NCBI GenBank assembly: GCA_964016885.1
Contig: CAXHJY010000159.1
Coordinates: forward strand, 124,001-188,000
DNA length: 64,000 bases
Direction of reading: 5' to 3'
Source of the DNA: Eledone cirrhosa
Lineage: Eukaryota
Shown: piece after piece, positions 10,666 through 23,314 of the stretch
Layout of the letters: every line of letters starts with the position of its first letter
Position numbering within the stretch: position 1 is the stretch's first letter
Notes under the pieces: model-generated
Seen by the model: only the letters and a program-made list of their open reading frames with translations
Told to the model about the DNA's origin: nothing
The model's database searches: none
Translations under genes and position numbers: made by a program

Positions 10666-13600
10666 CTACAGGATGGTATACAGAGAAGGCCCATTTACAC
10701 GAGCCATTCTCGCCACTATCATCCACCTTTCATAAAACTGCCTGTGGCCAAGCACCTCTCTCTCCATTCTTATCCTTCTTCCGAAGTGATATCGGAAGAA
10801 GTAGACCAGACTATGGCCAGAGAGGAAGTTGCCTGACCTCAGACCTTTCAATCGTGTCCACCAAACAAGCTCTTTCAACATGGCTATTACGCACAGAAAA
10901 ACCGCCTTTGCTTCCTTTGTGAAGAGGGGAGGCGGCTTGATTGTTATCACGGATTCGCCGGTCAATCGAATCGGCGCCACCCGCGACAGCAGTCGTTCGG
11001 CGTAGCCCCACAGATCAGCCACGCCCGGACAGTGCACCAATGCGTGCGCAACGGTTTCTTCGTGACGCACGCATCTAGGGCAAATCTTTTTCGAGGGATC
11101 CCTGCCCGGGCGCCCGTGTCTGTAGAGCCTTTCTCAAACGGGTAGAGCCCCCCCGGTAGCACTGCCAGGCCAGTGACTTCTGGAAGTTGTCCATTGGTCC
11201 CGGGCCGAAATTCCTACCGAACAGGCTGGCCAGTTCGTCCCCTTCCATGTCCAGCGACTCTCCAAGGGTGTCATCGCCCCTGCTAGCCACCAGCCCTCTA
11301 TAGAATGACGAGGTGGATTCTCCACCGATGGCCGGGTCCGCTTGCCAGAGAGCCCTGAGCGCCTGGGCACACTCAGTGTGCTAGTCACCCAGTTTTCCGG
11401 ATCTTTGCTTGACCCAGGACTGCAGCTCGGTGAGCGAGACGAGTCTCGGAAAGGCTCGTCTCACGAACGGAGCCCACACCGGTTGACCAGTGAGGAATAC
11501 CTGTAGGTGCCGTAGCCTTAATGCGTGCCTACGCATCATCAACCACGGCATCCCCAGCCCTCCTTTCGAAGGTTGTTGGCAGCAGATGGATCTTCTCACC
11601 ATAGGAGGGCGCTTCTTCCAAAGAAATTGAAAGAGCATGCGTTCCATGGTGGTGAGTGTTTCCTTAGGGCAAGGCACGACAGTCAGGCGGTAGTAGGTGA
11701 CGGACGCTATGTAAATGTTCGCTACCTCCGCCCGACCTTTCAGGGACAGCTTACACTTGGCCCATTTCTGGGTCAGTGCAAACACCTTGTTCGTAACCTC
11801 GCCCCAGTTCTTTTCCACCTGGAGGTCCGGTCCAAACCAGACCCCAAGCAACTTCACCGGGCCCTCCGTCCAGTGTCCGACGACACCGTCGGGAGGCATC
11901 GGTCTGCCTCTCCACGTTCCGAGTTGCAGCCCGATGGATTTTTCCCGGTTCAGTTTCGCTCCTGACAACCTTTCGTATTCCTCCAGTAAGGTACCGATCG
12001 CCTCGATCTCCGAGTCGGTTGATACCATTACTGTTACGTCATCGGCGTAGGCCGACACAGCTTTGCTCAATCCTGGTTCCAGGGGGATACCCTGCAACAA
12101 CTCCAACTTCCTCAGTAAAGGCTCGAGAGTCAATACGTACAGAAGGGAGGAGAGAGGGCACCCCTGTCGAATGGATCGTGTGATTTCGAACGGCTTCGAA
12201 AGGTAGCCGTTCACCTTGATCCTAGAACAGATGTGGTTCCTATGTAAGGCAGTGATCCAGCCTCTGAAAACAGGACCGAACCCAGCCGCCGCTAGCACCG
12301 CATCCAGGTAACCATGGTCGACCCTATCGAACGCCTTAGACTGATCCAAGTTGATCAGGGCCCCCCCCCCCCCCGAAGCCGGGTTTGTTGCCAACCCTCT
12401 CTATGATGTATCGCATGAGGTGGAGGTTGTCGTGAATGGACCTGGATGGGATAGCACATGTCTGCGCATCTCCCACCAGGCTAGCCACGACAAGCGCCAA
12501 CCTCTTTGCTAACACCTTGGCCAAAATCTTTAACTCTGTGTTTAGCAGGGTTATGGGCCGAAAATTATTTATACTATCCCCCTTGTTCTCGTCCTTCCTC
12601 CCCAGCGAGACTACGCCCTTGGCTACAGAACAAGGAATTCTCCCGTTCTGCTGCCAATTGCAGTAGACTGTTTCGAGGAGTTCGGAGAAGAAGACCGGCA
12701 TTGCTAAATAAAGTTCGTAAGATATACCATCGAGACCTGGAGATTTGCGTCTGCTTCATTGGCTCAGCGCATCGCCGATCTCATCAGCCGAGATTGGTCC
12801 CTCGCAGGACTCTGCCTTTTCGCTCGAGAGACGCGGCAGACCGTCGAGGTATGGACCGAAATCCACGTCCCCGACCGGACCCTCGCCTCCCCCGAACAAT
12901 CGGGCAAAGTGCCTTTGAAAGGATCACCTGTCCATCCTCGTCTTGCAAAAACCGGATGGTGGATCGATTTCCACTCTTAGCTTCTGTCACGCGGGCCCAG
13001 CCAACGGCTTTGGCCCCCTCATTACCTAGAGCACGTATTTTACTTCGAATGACGCAGCCTTCGTGCTTTGCATCGAAAAACTGGCTCAAGGCCGTCCTCG
13101 ATGCCAGCACTCTGGCCACATCTTCGCTCTTGATTGCCTCTTCTAATTTACCTGTTAATTCTTTCTCGTTCCTATTCCTATCGGCAGCTAACATCTTGCT
13201 ATAACTTATTGATTCTGTTCTAATCTCTCTTTTGAGAGATGCCCACCATCGGTTGTTGACGATTGCACCCGTCAACCTCTCTTTAACTAATCTGCTAATC
13301 CGGTCTCTGTAAGCCTCTTTTGCCGGTAAAGACAAATTAAGTTTCCAGACCCTGTCTATGTGTTCTCTCGAGGTTGACTACGCAGGTCACTAATTTGTGA
13401 TCTGTATAGCCAACCGTGAGCATTTCTGGACAGCTTAATATGTCCCTATCCTTACTTCTAACTAAGAATCTATCTAAGTACGATCTAGATTGACCACTGT
13501 GGTTCGTCCAAGATCAGATTGGCACAGTTGGAAAATCTAGTCCATATCTATCGACCAAGTTAAAACGGTCTAGTAACCCCTTGAGGCTGTTATACCCCCC

Positions 13601-14077
13601 TCTATTAGGACATGCTCCTGCAGAGTCCCAACGTGCATCTAGGATGTCATTCCAGTCCCCCGCTAGAAGCAAGGAACGCGACGTTCCCAGAAAAGTCTCC
13701 AGACGCTGGAAGAAGTCGGGTCGTTCAGCTCCGAAAGGCGAGTAGACGGCGACCAGTCTCAAGGCCGCACCTCCACTACTGCCAACGTCTAGCACCAACA
13801 AACGACCTTCCGGGTCCGAGTGAACAACCTGTACGGCGAGACCCAGGTGTTTTTTCAGCAGTACGACAACCCCACCCCCACCTCCAGGTTGACAGAGAGA
13901 TGCGTGCACCTCAAAGTCATCGAAGGTAGGGGCTAGCTGCCGCACGACGATGATCCGAGTCTCACAGATAACCATTACATTTATACCACGTGACCTGAGG
14001 TCATTTAGAAGCTTTGCTTGCTTCCAAGTTGAGCCCAGGCCACGTGCATTCAAACATCCTACTCTTAACACATCCAT
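10666..14077 (-). pseudogene. ORF2 (APE endonuclease, RT, C-terminal zinc motif) of Tx1-like LINE B, frameshifted
   Basis: LNARGLG, ICET, LLLAGDWN, NFRPITLLNTELKIL, LDQSKAFDRVDH, RQGCPLS, AYADDV and HEETVAHALVHC are spread over several frames. Confidence 0.9.
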
Positions 14078-16023
14078 GTAGGCGGCAAAGCCAAAGGAGA
14101 GTGTAGAGACCTACCTTTCTGCTTCCCGGGGTTCGGGTCGTACGACTTCCATGGGGTCGGGGGTGTTGGGTGAAGGGGTGTCTTGTGGTAGTGTGGGGTC
14201 GTCACTGTGTGGTGGGGTTGGGGTTTTTGGAGTTGTGTTGGGGAGGGGAAGGGAGGGGGAAAGCTTTTTAGGAGGACGCGGTTTATGGGTTTGACAGAGG
14301 GTGGTCCTACGTACTCCTTAAAATCCTTTTTTAGTTTTTGGTAGAGGTTCATTGGGACCTTTATTAATTTTAATTGTGGGTTGTTTTCTGAAAAAACAAA
14401 GTTTACCCCTTCGGTTTGTACCAAAGGGTTATTGTTTATGAGTTCATTTAATTTATTATTGTTTCTGTTGATGTAAGTATAGTGTAATGTTTTTTTTTCG
14501 GATGGTGTGAGTGTTTCGAAGAGGGGAGAGGTAGGTTTGGTTTTGTTTGTTGCTGGAGGGGTGTTTTGTATTTTGTTGGATTGTGTTGACATTTGGGTAG
14601 GGGCTGTTTGGCCTTGTGTGTTTTGCACATGTTTTCTTTTTTTCCTTTTAATCTGTCTGAAGGACTCCGTTTCTTCCTCCGAATTCGTTGGGTTATCTTC
14701 AGTGTTGGAGGGAAGAGGTATGTTTGCTGGTAGTGTTTCCGTGTTAGTTTTCTTTGTGGGGGAGATGGATGTCACTATGTTAGACTGTATTGTGTGTTGT
14801 GGCTGCGGTGGTTGTGTTGTTTTATTGAGTGAGGGGTTGGGTGGGACTGTGTTTTGTTTTTGGGTAATGTGTTGTGTCTGTTTGTGCTGTGGTGGTGGTG
14901 TAGTTTTACTGAGGGACGGGTTGGGTGGGACTGAGTTTTGTTGTTTGTTTATCTGTTGTGGTGGTGGTGGTGGAGCTGGTGTTGGTAGCAGGGTTTTCTT
15001 CTTGTTGAGTTGGGGACAAGCAGCCTTCAGGTGACTTCTGCCTGCACAGATATGACAGGACGGCCTTCTCCCCGCCACGCTAATGTTTATATACACATGG
15101 CCTTCTAATAGGATTCTGTCGGGTATTTGGGCAATACGTTCAGGCTTCATTTGCACTACAAGTTCTATACCTGTTCCACTGAACGCATTGCCTGTGGTTT
15201 TCCCAATGGAAAACACGTTTTCATTCGCTGGATCGATGAAGCCAGCTCTGAGCCAGCAGTAGTCCATATCTGGCATCATCGCATCCAGCCATATGCGCTG
15301 AGTTCTTTTACCCATATAAGATGGATAAAAGGTAAAATTTGTCGAACGAATCGGCGACAAAGCATATTTTTTCGCCGCCGATTCGTTCTTCATAATAATG
15401 GCCAGGCTTCCATACAGCCTGTCTCTTCTTATGAAAGTGGCTTCATTAAATACTTCTCTAAGTACCGCTTTAATTTCTACTTGTGTTGGTTGTTGCGGCT
15501 TTTTTGAGATGTTGCTGATGGTGCGGAAAACGACCGTCCGACTTTCAATATCTTTGGTGAGTTCTTGGGGCATTTTTACCGACAAGGCTCCATTTTCCCC
15601 TTGAGTTATGAATTGTTTGGCGTTTTTTATTCTTTGTGCCACATCTGAAATATTTTCAGGTATGTACGTTAAAGATTTTTTTGTTGTTTGTGCAAATGAG
15701 ATGTTATTGGTGTTGACTTTGTCGTCTGTTTTGCTTTCTGTTATGATGTTGTTGTTTTCAAATGTTATTTTTGTGTTTGTTGTTTCTTTGTTTGTGGTAT
15801 TAATATTGTCATGCAATTCTTTCAAATTTTTTTTGTTGTTGGAATCAATCTCCAGATTTGTGTTTTCGTCGACATTTTTCTCCGCACATTCGTCTGTTTT
15901 TATTTTATTTTTCCTTTCCTTCTCTATGACGTTAGTTGGGAAGGAAGGGGGGACTAAAGCGTGCGAGCTTACAACTCTTACCGCTGTCCCCCCACCACTA
16001 TTTTCGTTAGCTTCATTTAACAT
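14065..16023 (-). CDS. ORF1 of Tx1-like LINE B, 652 aa, single CCHC knuckle
   Basis: Open frame containing CHICAGRSHLKAAC and a Pro/Gln/Thr-rich tail. Its stop region overlaps the ORF2 ATG at 14077. Confidence 0.88.
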   Translation of the reverse strand: MLNEANENSGGGTAVRVVSSHALVPPSFPTNVIEKERKNKIKTDECAEKNVDENTNLEIDSNNKKNLKELHDNINTTNKETTNTKITFENNNIITESKTDDKVNTNNISFAQTTKKSLTYIPENISDVAQRIKNAKQFITQGENGALSVKMPQELTKDIESRTVVFRTISNISKKPQQPTQVEIKAVLREVFNEATFIRRDRLYGSLAIIMKNESAAKKYALSPIRSTNFTFYPSYMGKRTQRIWLDAMMPDMDYCWLRAGFIDPANENVFSIGKTTGNAFSGTGIELVVQMKPERIAQIPDRILLEGHVYINISVAGRRPSCHICAGRSHLKAACPQLNKKKTLLPTPAPPPPPQQINKQQNSVPPNPSLSKTTPPPQHKQTQHITQKQNTVPPNPSLNKTTQPPQPQHTIQSNIVTSISPTKKTNTETLPANIPLPSNTEDNPTNSEEETESFRQIKRKKRKHVQNTQGQTAPTQMSTQSNKIQNTPPATNKTKPTSPLFETLTPSEKKTLHYTYINRNNNKLNELINNNPLVQTEGVNFVFSENNPQLKLIKVPMNLYQKLKKDFKEYVGPPSVKPINRVLLKSFPPPFPSPTQLQKPQPHHTVTTPHYHKTPLHPTPPTPWKSYDPNPGKQKGRSLHSPLALPPTWMC

Positions 16024-16324
16024 TTCTCCCAGACGATTGAAATTTTATGCGACAAAATTTTTTTTAAACAGGTTTTTCACCCCTGGAAGGGGCGAAAATG
16101 AGCTGACCCACCGCCTGACAGTTCAGACGGGGGGTCAAGCTACACAATAGTATCAAAATTAAAATTAAACTTACAAAATTTCCGCAATAAATTGGAACAA
16201 AACTTCTGCGCAAATTGAATTACGTCTACGCTATCGAACAGACGACAGCTAGATTGGATATATATATATAGATAGATTGATATGTACATCTGGGATCTTG
16301 ATGAGCGTCATATATATATATATA

Positions 16325-16642
16325 CAGTTCCCATGACGTTTTAGAAACATATTTTTATGCTCAGAGTTACTGAAGCATGGAACAAACTATCTGCATCAGC
16401 TGTTAGCTGTCGGGACACTGCATCCTTCAAAATGTCCATGCTTCCCGAAATTCGCAACACTACACATGATATTCCTCCTCCATACATATGTACACGTGTG
16501 TGTGTCTGTGTGTATATCATGATTCATACATTGTTCACTTTCCTGGCATTTGTACATTATTCTATGTACTATACAGCACCTTTGATGAGTTGTAGTGTAC
16601 CTGAGCACTGTACACAATAATTTTCATTATTATAATTTTATT
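16325..16642 (+). mobile_element. 3' fragment of a CR1-group LINE
   Basis: RVTEAWNKLSASAVS plus a 3' UTR closely similar to 44115-44400. Followed by (GATA)n at 16644-16728. Confidence 0.8.
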
Positions 16643-16729
<87 letters not shown>

Positions 16730-17576
16730 TTCCTGAATACCTGGTGTTGACCAGGTTGAAATGTAGCAATAAATGTACCAGAATTGTTCTTAACGAATAT
16801 ATATTTGGCTTCTCTTGCAATGTTATCTCTCTTGATAGAAATTAATTTCTATTCCAAACCATTTATAACATTCTGGTGTGTAATGCACTGTGCTGCAGAT
16901 ACGCTCTAATATGAATAGTATATTTCATAATTCATTTATGTCAATACCTTATAGCTAATTCAGGCATATTAGATAAGAACAGAGGATCAAGTTAAATTGA
17001 AAATAGTTTTAATGAATTTGAAACTATTATTGAAGATAATATTCTATCTTTTTTTTAATACTTTAATTCTTAAAAAAGAATAGTAAGTTTGGTTTGAAAC
17101 AGTGAGCAAAGTTTGAAATAGAAATAGAAGCTTTCGCCATATTTTTTTACTAAAGAAATTTTAACCTGATAGTGGAGTTTAGGTCCCTCTAAAAAATGGA
17201 AAAGGATGAGTATTGATGTCAACATTCATCCAATATGGCGACAGCTTCTATTTCTATTTAAAAGAATAGTAAAATTACTAAAAACTGTAGTGTTAAAATA
17301 GAATCGTTCTTATAACATGTAGAAACCAGATTGCCCTGAGGCAACCCACAACAAAATATTGGAAATAACTAGGAGCAATAAAAAAAATGTGGCATTAAGA
17401 ATTGCAATGAGTCCTTCCTTTATGCTATTAGAACTCCACATCTCTTGGATGCCAGGTCAATATATTAACCACTGTGCTAAAGAGATGAGAGATGCAGAGT
17501 TAGATTCCTCACATGCACATCTATCCACATTTTTTTCCTTCTCTAGGAGTACTTTACTTAATTTTATCAGATATTA

Positions 17577-18752
17577 TTTATAGTAATTGACTATTATCAA
17601 TTTATAGTAGTTGACTATTATCAATTTATAGTAATTGACTATTATCAATTTATAGTAATTGACTATTATCAATTTATAGTAATTGACTATTATCAATTTA
17701 TAGTAATTGACTATTATCAATTTATAGTAATTGACTATTATCAATTTATAGTAATTGACTATTATCAATTTATAGTAGTTGACTATTATCAATTTATAGT
17801 AATTGACTATTATCAATTTATAGTAGTTGACTATTATCAATTTATAGTAATTGACTATTATCAATTTATAGTAATTGACTATTATCAATTTATAGTAGTT
17901 GACTATTATCAATTTATAGTAATTGACTATTATCAATTTATAGTAATTGACTATTATCAATTTATAGTAATTGACTATTATCAATTTATAGTAGTTGACT
18001 ATTATCAATTTATAGTAATTGACTATTATCAATTTATAGTAATTGACTATTATCAATTTATAGTAATTGACTATTATCAATTTATAGTAGTTGACTATTA
18101 TCAATTTATAGTAATTGACTATTATCAATTTATAGTAATTGACTATTATCAATTTATAGTAATTGACTATTATCAATTTATAGTAGTTGACTATTATCAA
18201 TTTATAGTAATTGACTATTATCAATTTATAGTAATTGACTATTATCAATTTATAGTAATTGACTATTATCAATTTATAGTAGTTGACTATTATCAATTTA
18301 TAGTAATTGACTATTATCAATTTATAGTAATTGACTATTATCAATTTATAGTAATTGACTATTATCAATTTATAGTAGTTGACTATTATCAATTTATAGT
18401 AATTGACTATTATCAATTTATAGTAATTGACTATTATCAATTTATAGTAATTGACTATTATCAATTTATAGTAATTGACTATTATCAATTTATAGTAATT
18501 GACTATTATCAATTTATAGTAATTGACTATTATCAATTTATAGTAGTTGACTATTATCAATTTATAGTAATTGACTATTATCAATTTATAGTAATTGACT
18601 ATTATCAATTTATAGTAATTGACTATTATCAATTTATAGTAATTGACTATTATCAATTTATAGTAGTTGACTATTATCAATTTATAGTAATTGACTATTA
18701 TCAATTTATAGTAATTGACTATTATCAATTTATAGTAGTTGACTATTATCAA
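17577..18752. repeat. Tandem satellite, 49 x 24 bp (TTTATAGTARTTGACTATTATCAA)
   Basis: 1176 bp equals 49 units. The only variation is a single A/G position. Confidence 0.97.
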
Positions 18753-19249
18753 TTTTCCCGTTGATTTCACTACACTTCAAGCTTCATGCTTAAAATCTTC
18801 TAAAAAGATGGAATTGGTAGCCAGCGGCTCATTAGGGATGGTGAATGCACTCGCCTGGCCTCCAAGAGATTCCTTACAGGTGCTTCTGTCCATTATTTGC
18901 CCAGCTTTCTCCACTATTCACCATAGTGAATGACTATTATTGTGGTCATATGCTTTGGGGTGCACACTTTTCAAATTTCAAATTTTCTCAATGTTTCTTA
19001 AATCAACCACTTTGTTAAATATAGAACCAAATGTTTTTGTACAAGAGTAAGTGAAAACAAACAAATAGGACAGGTCTATAGCCCTCATCAGCCACCTGGT
19101 GAGAATAGATTTATAGAATTCCATGTTACACCAGGTGGTGTCACTGTCTAAACTAGGATCTACAATAAATAAAATAAAAACACTATTAACTAAGACGTTC
19201 CCAGTTATTCTATTGTCTCCGCCTTTCTTTTCCACCTAGCTTAACAGAC

Positions 19250-19478
19250 TTAACCCTTTAGCATTTAAACCGGCCATAACTGACCAGAATTCTCTTGCCA
19301 CTTTCTGCTCAAACTAGCTGTAATTGGCCGCACATACTGATGTTAAGGTACTGTTCTCAAAACAAATAATAACAAAATCTCATAGATTCAATATTATGTG
19401 AGATGATTATGTGAGGTAAAGCCTTTACCACAAAAATATAATAGTACATATAGAGTAATATAAATTCTAAAGGGTTAA
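19250..19478. mobile_element. piggyBac-type MITE family 1 (TTAA-CCCTTTAGCATTTA ... TAAATGCTAAAGGG-TTAA)
   Basis: TIRs begin CCC and are flanked by TTAA. Other copies: 24550-24764, 26251-26480, 30438-30656, 31095-31438, 33010-33233, 35274-35481, 46270-46749, 48224-48452, 57521-57748 and 61104-61319. Confidence 0.88.
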
Positions 19479-19752
19479 GTCAGTTGTCATTGTTACCTCT
19501 CACATGAAGAAAACTAACACTGCCCTTTTTAACTCCTTGTCCTGCCCACCTGAAGCTTTCATGGGTGTAAAATCATTCTTCTCAGACATAAAACATTTTA
19601 CACTGCCTATATGCTTGAACTCAGCATTACAATTTTCCAATTCTCCTCTGACTAGCTTAACTCATCCTCACTGTAAGCTGTTTTTCTTTCTTTGGTAAGT
19701 TCTAATATCAGGTTAATGGATTAGCTATCCAGACAAAGTTGAGCTACAATTG

Positions 19753-19995
19753 TTAACCCTTTTGATACCAACCCACTCAGAATTGGCTTTGGTTCTGTGA
19801 AATGAAACTATTCATTTTTGAGGGCTCCTATTTAAATTTAAATCTTCCAACACAATTTGAACCTTTTGTTGAGTTGTTTTACAAATACAATCTTAATATC
19901 AAAAAAGAAATAATAATTTTATTAAATCCCTACAAATTATTTCAATAATTCAAATACAGAGTATCTCATTAGAAATATGGTAATGAAAGGGCTAA
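19753..19995. mobile_element. piggyBac-type MITE family 2 (older)
   Basis: TTAACCCTTTTGATACC ... GGTAATGAAAGGGCTAA. Diverged copies lie near 24065-24300, 24500-24946, 30389-30836, 35560-35757 and 61510-61743. Confidence 0.7.
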
Positions 19996-21870
19996 TCTAT
20001 ATCAGTTCTCAAATGTTTGTCCAGTTTAGTAACATAACTGTGAGCTATGTTATATCAATGATAACATCAGTTCCATTCCATCCAAGGACTCCCCATTATA
20101 TTTTTTTTCATAAATAATTTGATAAAATTCAAATTGTAATTCACCTCCAATATATTCAAACAGTTGTTACCTAGTTTAAACATTACAACTGTTACTGACA
20201 CCGTCTACTTTCCCAGCTGGTTTTCACTCAAGTATTCTTTCTCTCATCAAACACCAATTCCAACTTAACTGGCTATGAAGTAAAAATCCAGATATCTTCT
20301 TTAGAACCTAGAAAATGCGCTATTTTTTTACACAGAGTTGCATCAAATTGATCATTGAAACTACTCTCAAATAAGCTCAAACTATCAACTGAAATACTGC
20401 ACCTCTGTCACACATATGTATACCTGAGGAGAGAATGTCTTCTATTACCTTTTGTTTGTCAGCTCTTCTATTACAGTACACTATGCTCTATAACATCTAC
20501 TTTCTAGATTCTCATCAAGAAACAAGAAACTGCCTCTAACTTTCACAAATCTTTTCTTCTCTAAATGGAATAAAATTTTACACAAATTATTTTCCAGGGT
20601 ATTCCTTGATCCCTTCTATGCTCAATCCAAAACTTTCAATTACTTGTCATAAATTCTAAACTTCTCTTAGAGAGGGCCCTTAACTCCTGATGAAGTAGTA
20701 AGGGCATTTAAAAGCCACTGGAGCCTAACCCTCTCAAGGTTAAAACATAGCCGATTTCTTCCAGAGAAGGAAAGAAAAACATTGACTCCAGTACTTGACT
20801 GGTACCTTATTTACCGACCTCAAAGGGATGAAAGGAAAAGTTGACCTCAGCAGGATTTGAACTCAGAGCTTGAAAAAAACACCGAGGTATTTTTAATTTG
20901 ATGCCCTAACAACTCTGTTAATTTGCTGTCTTAACTCATCATTAAGTATATGAAATTATTAACTCTAAAAAAGTTTGTATATATAACTACCAATGAGAGT
21001 GTATGAATCTAAAAACTCATACCAAATCTACACAAATTCCTTCTAGATATTAACTGATGTCTAAACAGTCTAACCATTATAGCCTGAGTTGTTTTTACTG
21101 TACCAAAGGTGAATGAGACCCCACTAGGTAAAAATCATGATCCTTTATTGACACATTTGTATGATCTCATTATGGGTTATAACTGCAAATGTATTTTAGA
21201 ACAAAGCTCTACTATTTTGTAGAATGCATCCTGATATTCCTACCAAATATTTTCATGCTATATCTTACTATTCTAGCTACGAATGTGTAGAATCCTGTCT
21301 GATATTACAGCCAGAAATTTGTAAAAGGTCTACAAAATGTCTGAACAGAAATACAAGTTGGGCAGTTACTAGTGACAATGGTTAGATTTAGTTAAGGATA
21401 TTTTGCCAATAATTTTCATTGAATTGAATAAAATCAATTTTATGAATATTATAATTTTTTTTTTTTTGCTGACTCAGACTTTTGTTTCTTCGATGGTCTA
21501 GAGATTTTGTGTTTTTGTTTTTGTTTTGTTTTGTTGTTGCTTTTTCTTTCCATTGGTATTATGCCAAGTATGTTATCAGATCTGATCAGCTAATATAGGA
21601 AACTATTTTCTTTGATGTAAAGGAAATAAGTTTAATGGTTTGGTTAATAATCATTTCCTGGGATAGAACACAGACTAGATACAAGGGTTTATAGTAAATA
21701 TTTTAAGACACAAAGAATGCTAAACACGTTTTAATGGATGTCAAGAAAATATATTACAGATATTACAATTGTACACTGATCAGCAGCAAATATGTTACTT
21801 CTTGCTATTTATATATTTCACTATTGTAGATTATCAGCTCAAAAATGGAATTTCATTTTACATTAACATT

Positions 21871-21876
21871 TTTATT
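21871..21876 (-). promoter_or_regulatory. Candidate polyadenylation signal of the PTGR3-like gene
   Basis: AATAAA on the minus strand about 125 nt after the stop codon. It could be a chance match in AT-rich DNA. Confidence 0.35.
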
Positions 21877-22001
21877 CAAAAATATATTTGATTGTATGCC
21901 TTGAAACTATATATTTATAAATGAATAATACATAATTCGTTTTTCTACTCTATGTTTATGCATGCACACACACAGACAGAGAACATAGATATGATTTAAA
22001 A

Positions 22002-22061
22002 TTACTTTTCAGCATTGAGCTCCACTATCAGTTTACCATGGCCACCTTGATTGTACATACA
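22002..22061 (-). CDS. PTGR3: PTGR3/ZADH2-like oxidoreductase, last coding exon (CMYNQGGHGKLIVELNAEK*)
   Basis: Acceptor ttacaatttcAG, phase 0. Matches the Y..GK..GK.VVEL C-terminus of ZADH2/PTGR3. Confidence 0.85.
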   Translation of the reverse strand, partial: CMYNQGGHGKLIVELNAEK

Positions 22062-23146
22062 CTGAAATTGTAAAGAAACATTAGAATAGATTATATAAAA
22101 ATCATTAGTTTTCCAAATATGCAATGAAATAATCATATATCAGTAGGTTTTTGTTTGTTTTTTAAGATTGATTAATAAAATAGAAAAGAATTCAGAAATA
22201 GTAATGCATATACAGTATTGAAATTTTGTTGATAAATATTTTGCAAATCACAAATAAAACCAATACTGTCTCTTTGTTATAATATAGCTTCAATAACAAA
22301 GTAATGTTTAAAATGTATACACAATAGCTACAAGCTTATCTGATTTGGTAATACATCTCTGTGACCTAAATAGAAGCTTTGTTTAGTATTGTTTTTCACA
22401 TGACTAAAGGAAAACCTAGCAAATCACAAATGTTCTCAAATAAAAAGAAAGGAATTTAATGGTGAAAAAATAGGATATATCAGCTGTATGTATCAAATGT
22501 TGAGACTGTATGACTTCTTTTCTAAGATATCCTGTTTTAGTATCAAATTCTTTCATCAGCATTCCATAATTACCATCTTACATCAATCAGTTCTGTATTT
22601 TAATTCTTTGTTACTGCTGTCGAGTACCAAAATTTCAGATGGAACTCCTTCACTTATCTCCTCCTGCGTAAATCTGAGGTTTTGTACTAATGTAGAAATA
22701 TCAGTAGGCATTATGAAGTTAATGTTACACTTCAGAGATGAAAGGCTATTATTCATAATCATTGATTTTGTCAGACATTATGCTCAGACATTATTGTCAG
22801 ACATTATTTTCAACTATAATTGAGATTTAGTAACTCGGGAATTGATAAAAGATGAAAGGAACCAATATTGAAAAAATGCAAATGATATTACTCACAAAGT
22901 CACTGACTATAATATGTTTACTATTTTATCATTAGACCTTCAGAACATTCCTTCATCAAGGAAGAAACATTGATGAAAGGATTCTAAATGTTTCATATAT
23001 TGCAGAAGATATATTTCTGAGATTAGGAAACTTAGAGCAGTAATTCTCAAATGAAATCTTTTTCATAAGGAATAAGTTTCAAAATTGAGACTGTAAATTT
23101 GGAAAATAAGATTAAATTTGCTTGACAAATAGCAAGGAATAGTTAC

Positions 23147-23314
23147 CTCAACAGCATCCGGGATCATTTCAAGCCCAGTGAAAGTAGTAGGAAACACATT
23201 GCTTTTTATTTCCTTCTTCACCAAAAGAGTGATCAACTTATTTATGTATTCAGGAATAAGTGCAGAATAGTGTGGTAGGAAAAAGCCTCTTATACTTGCA
23301 GATTTTGTTAACAA
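23147..23314 (-). CDS. PTGR3: PTGR3/ZADH2-like exon (LLTKSASIRGFFLPHY...FTGLEMIPDAVE)
   Basis: Acceptor ttttgtAG and donor GTaact, 168 nt. LL.KSAS..GFFL.HY and FTGLE are PTGR3 hallmarks. Confidence 0.92.

Larger units (their letters stand above)
10451..16250 (-). mobile_element. Full-length Tx1/L1-clade LINE (copy B)
   Basis: ORF1 plus an APE-RT-CCHC ORF2. AATAAA at the 3' end (about 10455-10460) runs directly into (TA)n. The 5' end abuts TA/GATA repeats. Confidence 0.92.

Noticed and set aside
11525-16150. Plus-strand ORFs antisense to Tx1 copy B
   Set aside because: These are shadow frames of the retrotransposon with no independent motifs.
17574-18770. 398-aa (KLIIVNYY)n ORF as a gene, or the array as a CRISPR locus
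   Set aside because: The frame is open only because the 24-bp unit lacks a stop in it, and it starts at GTG. There are no unique spacers and no cas genes.
18978-19160. Possible terminal exon DPSLDSDTTWCNMEF... on the minus strand
   Set aside because: It has a plausible acceptor but no recognisable homology, and the PTGR3-like CDS already ends at 22002.
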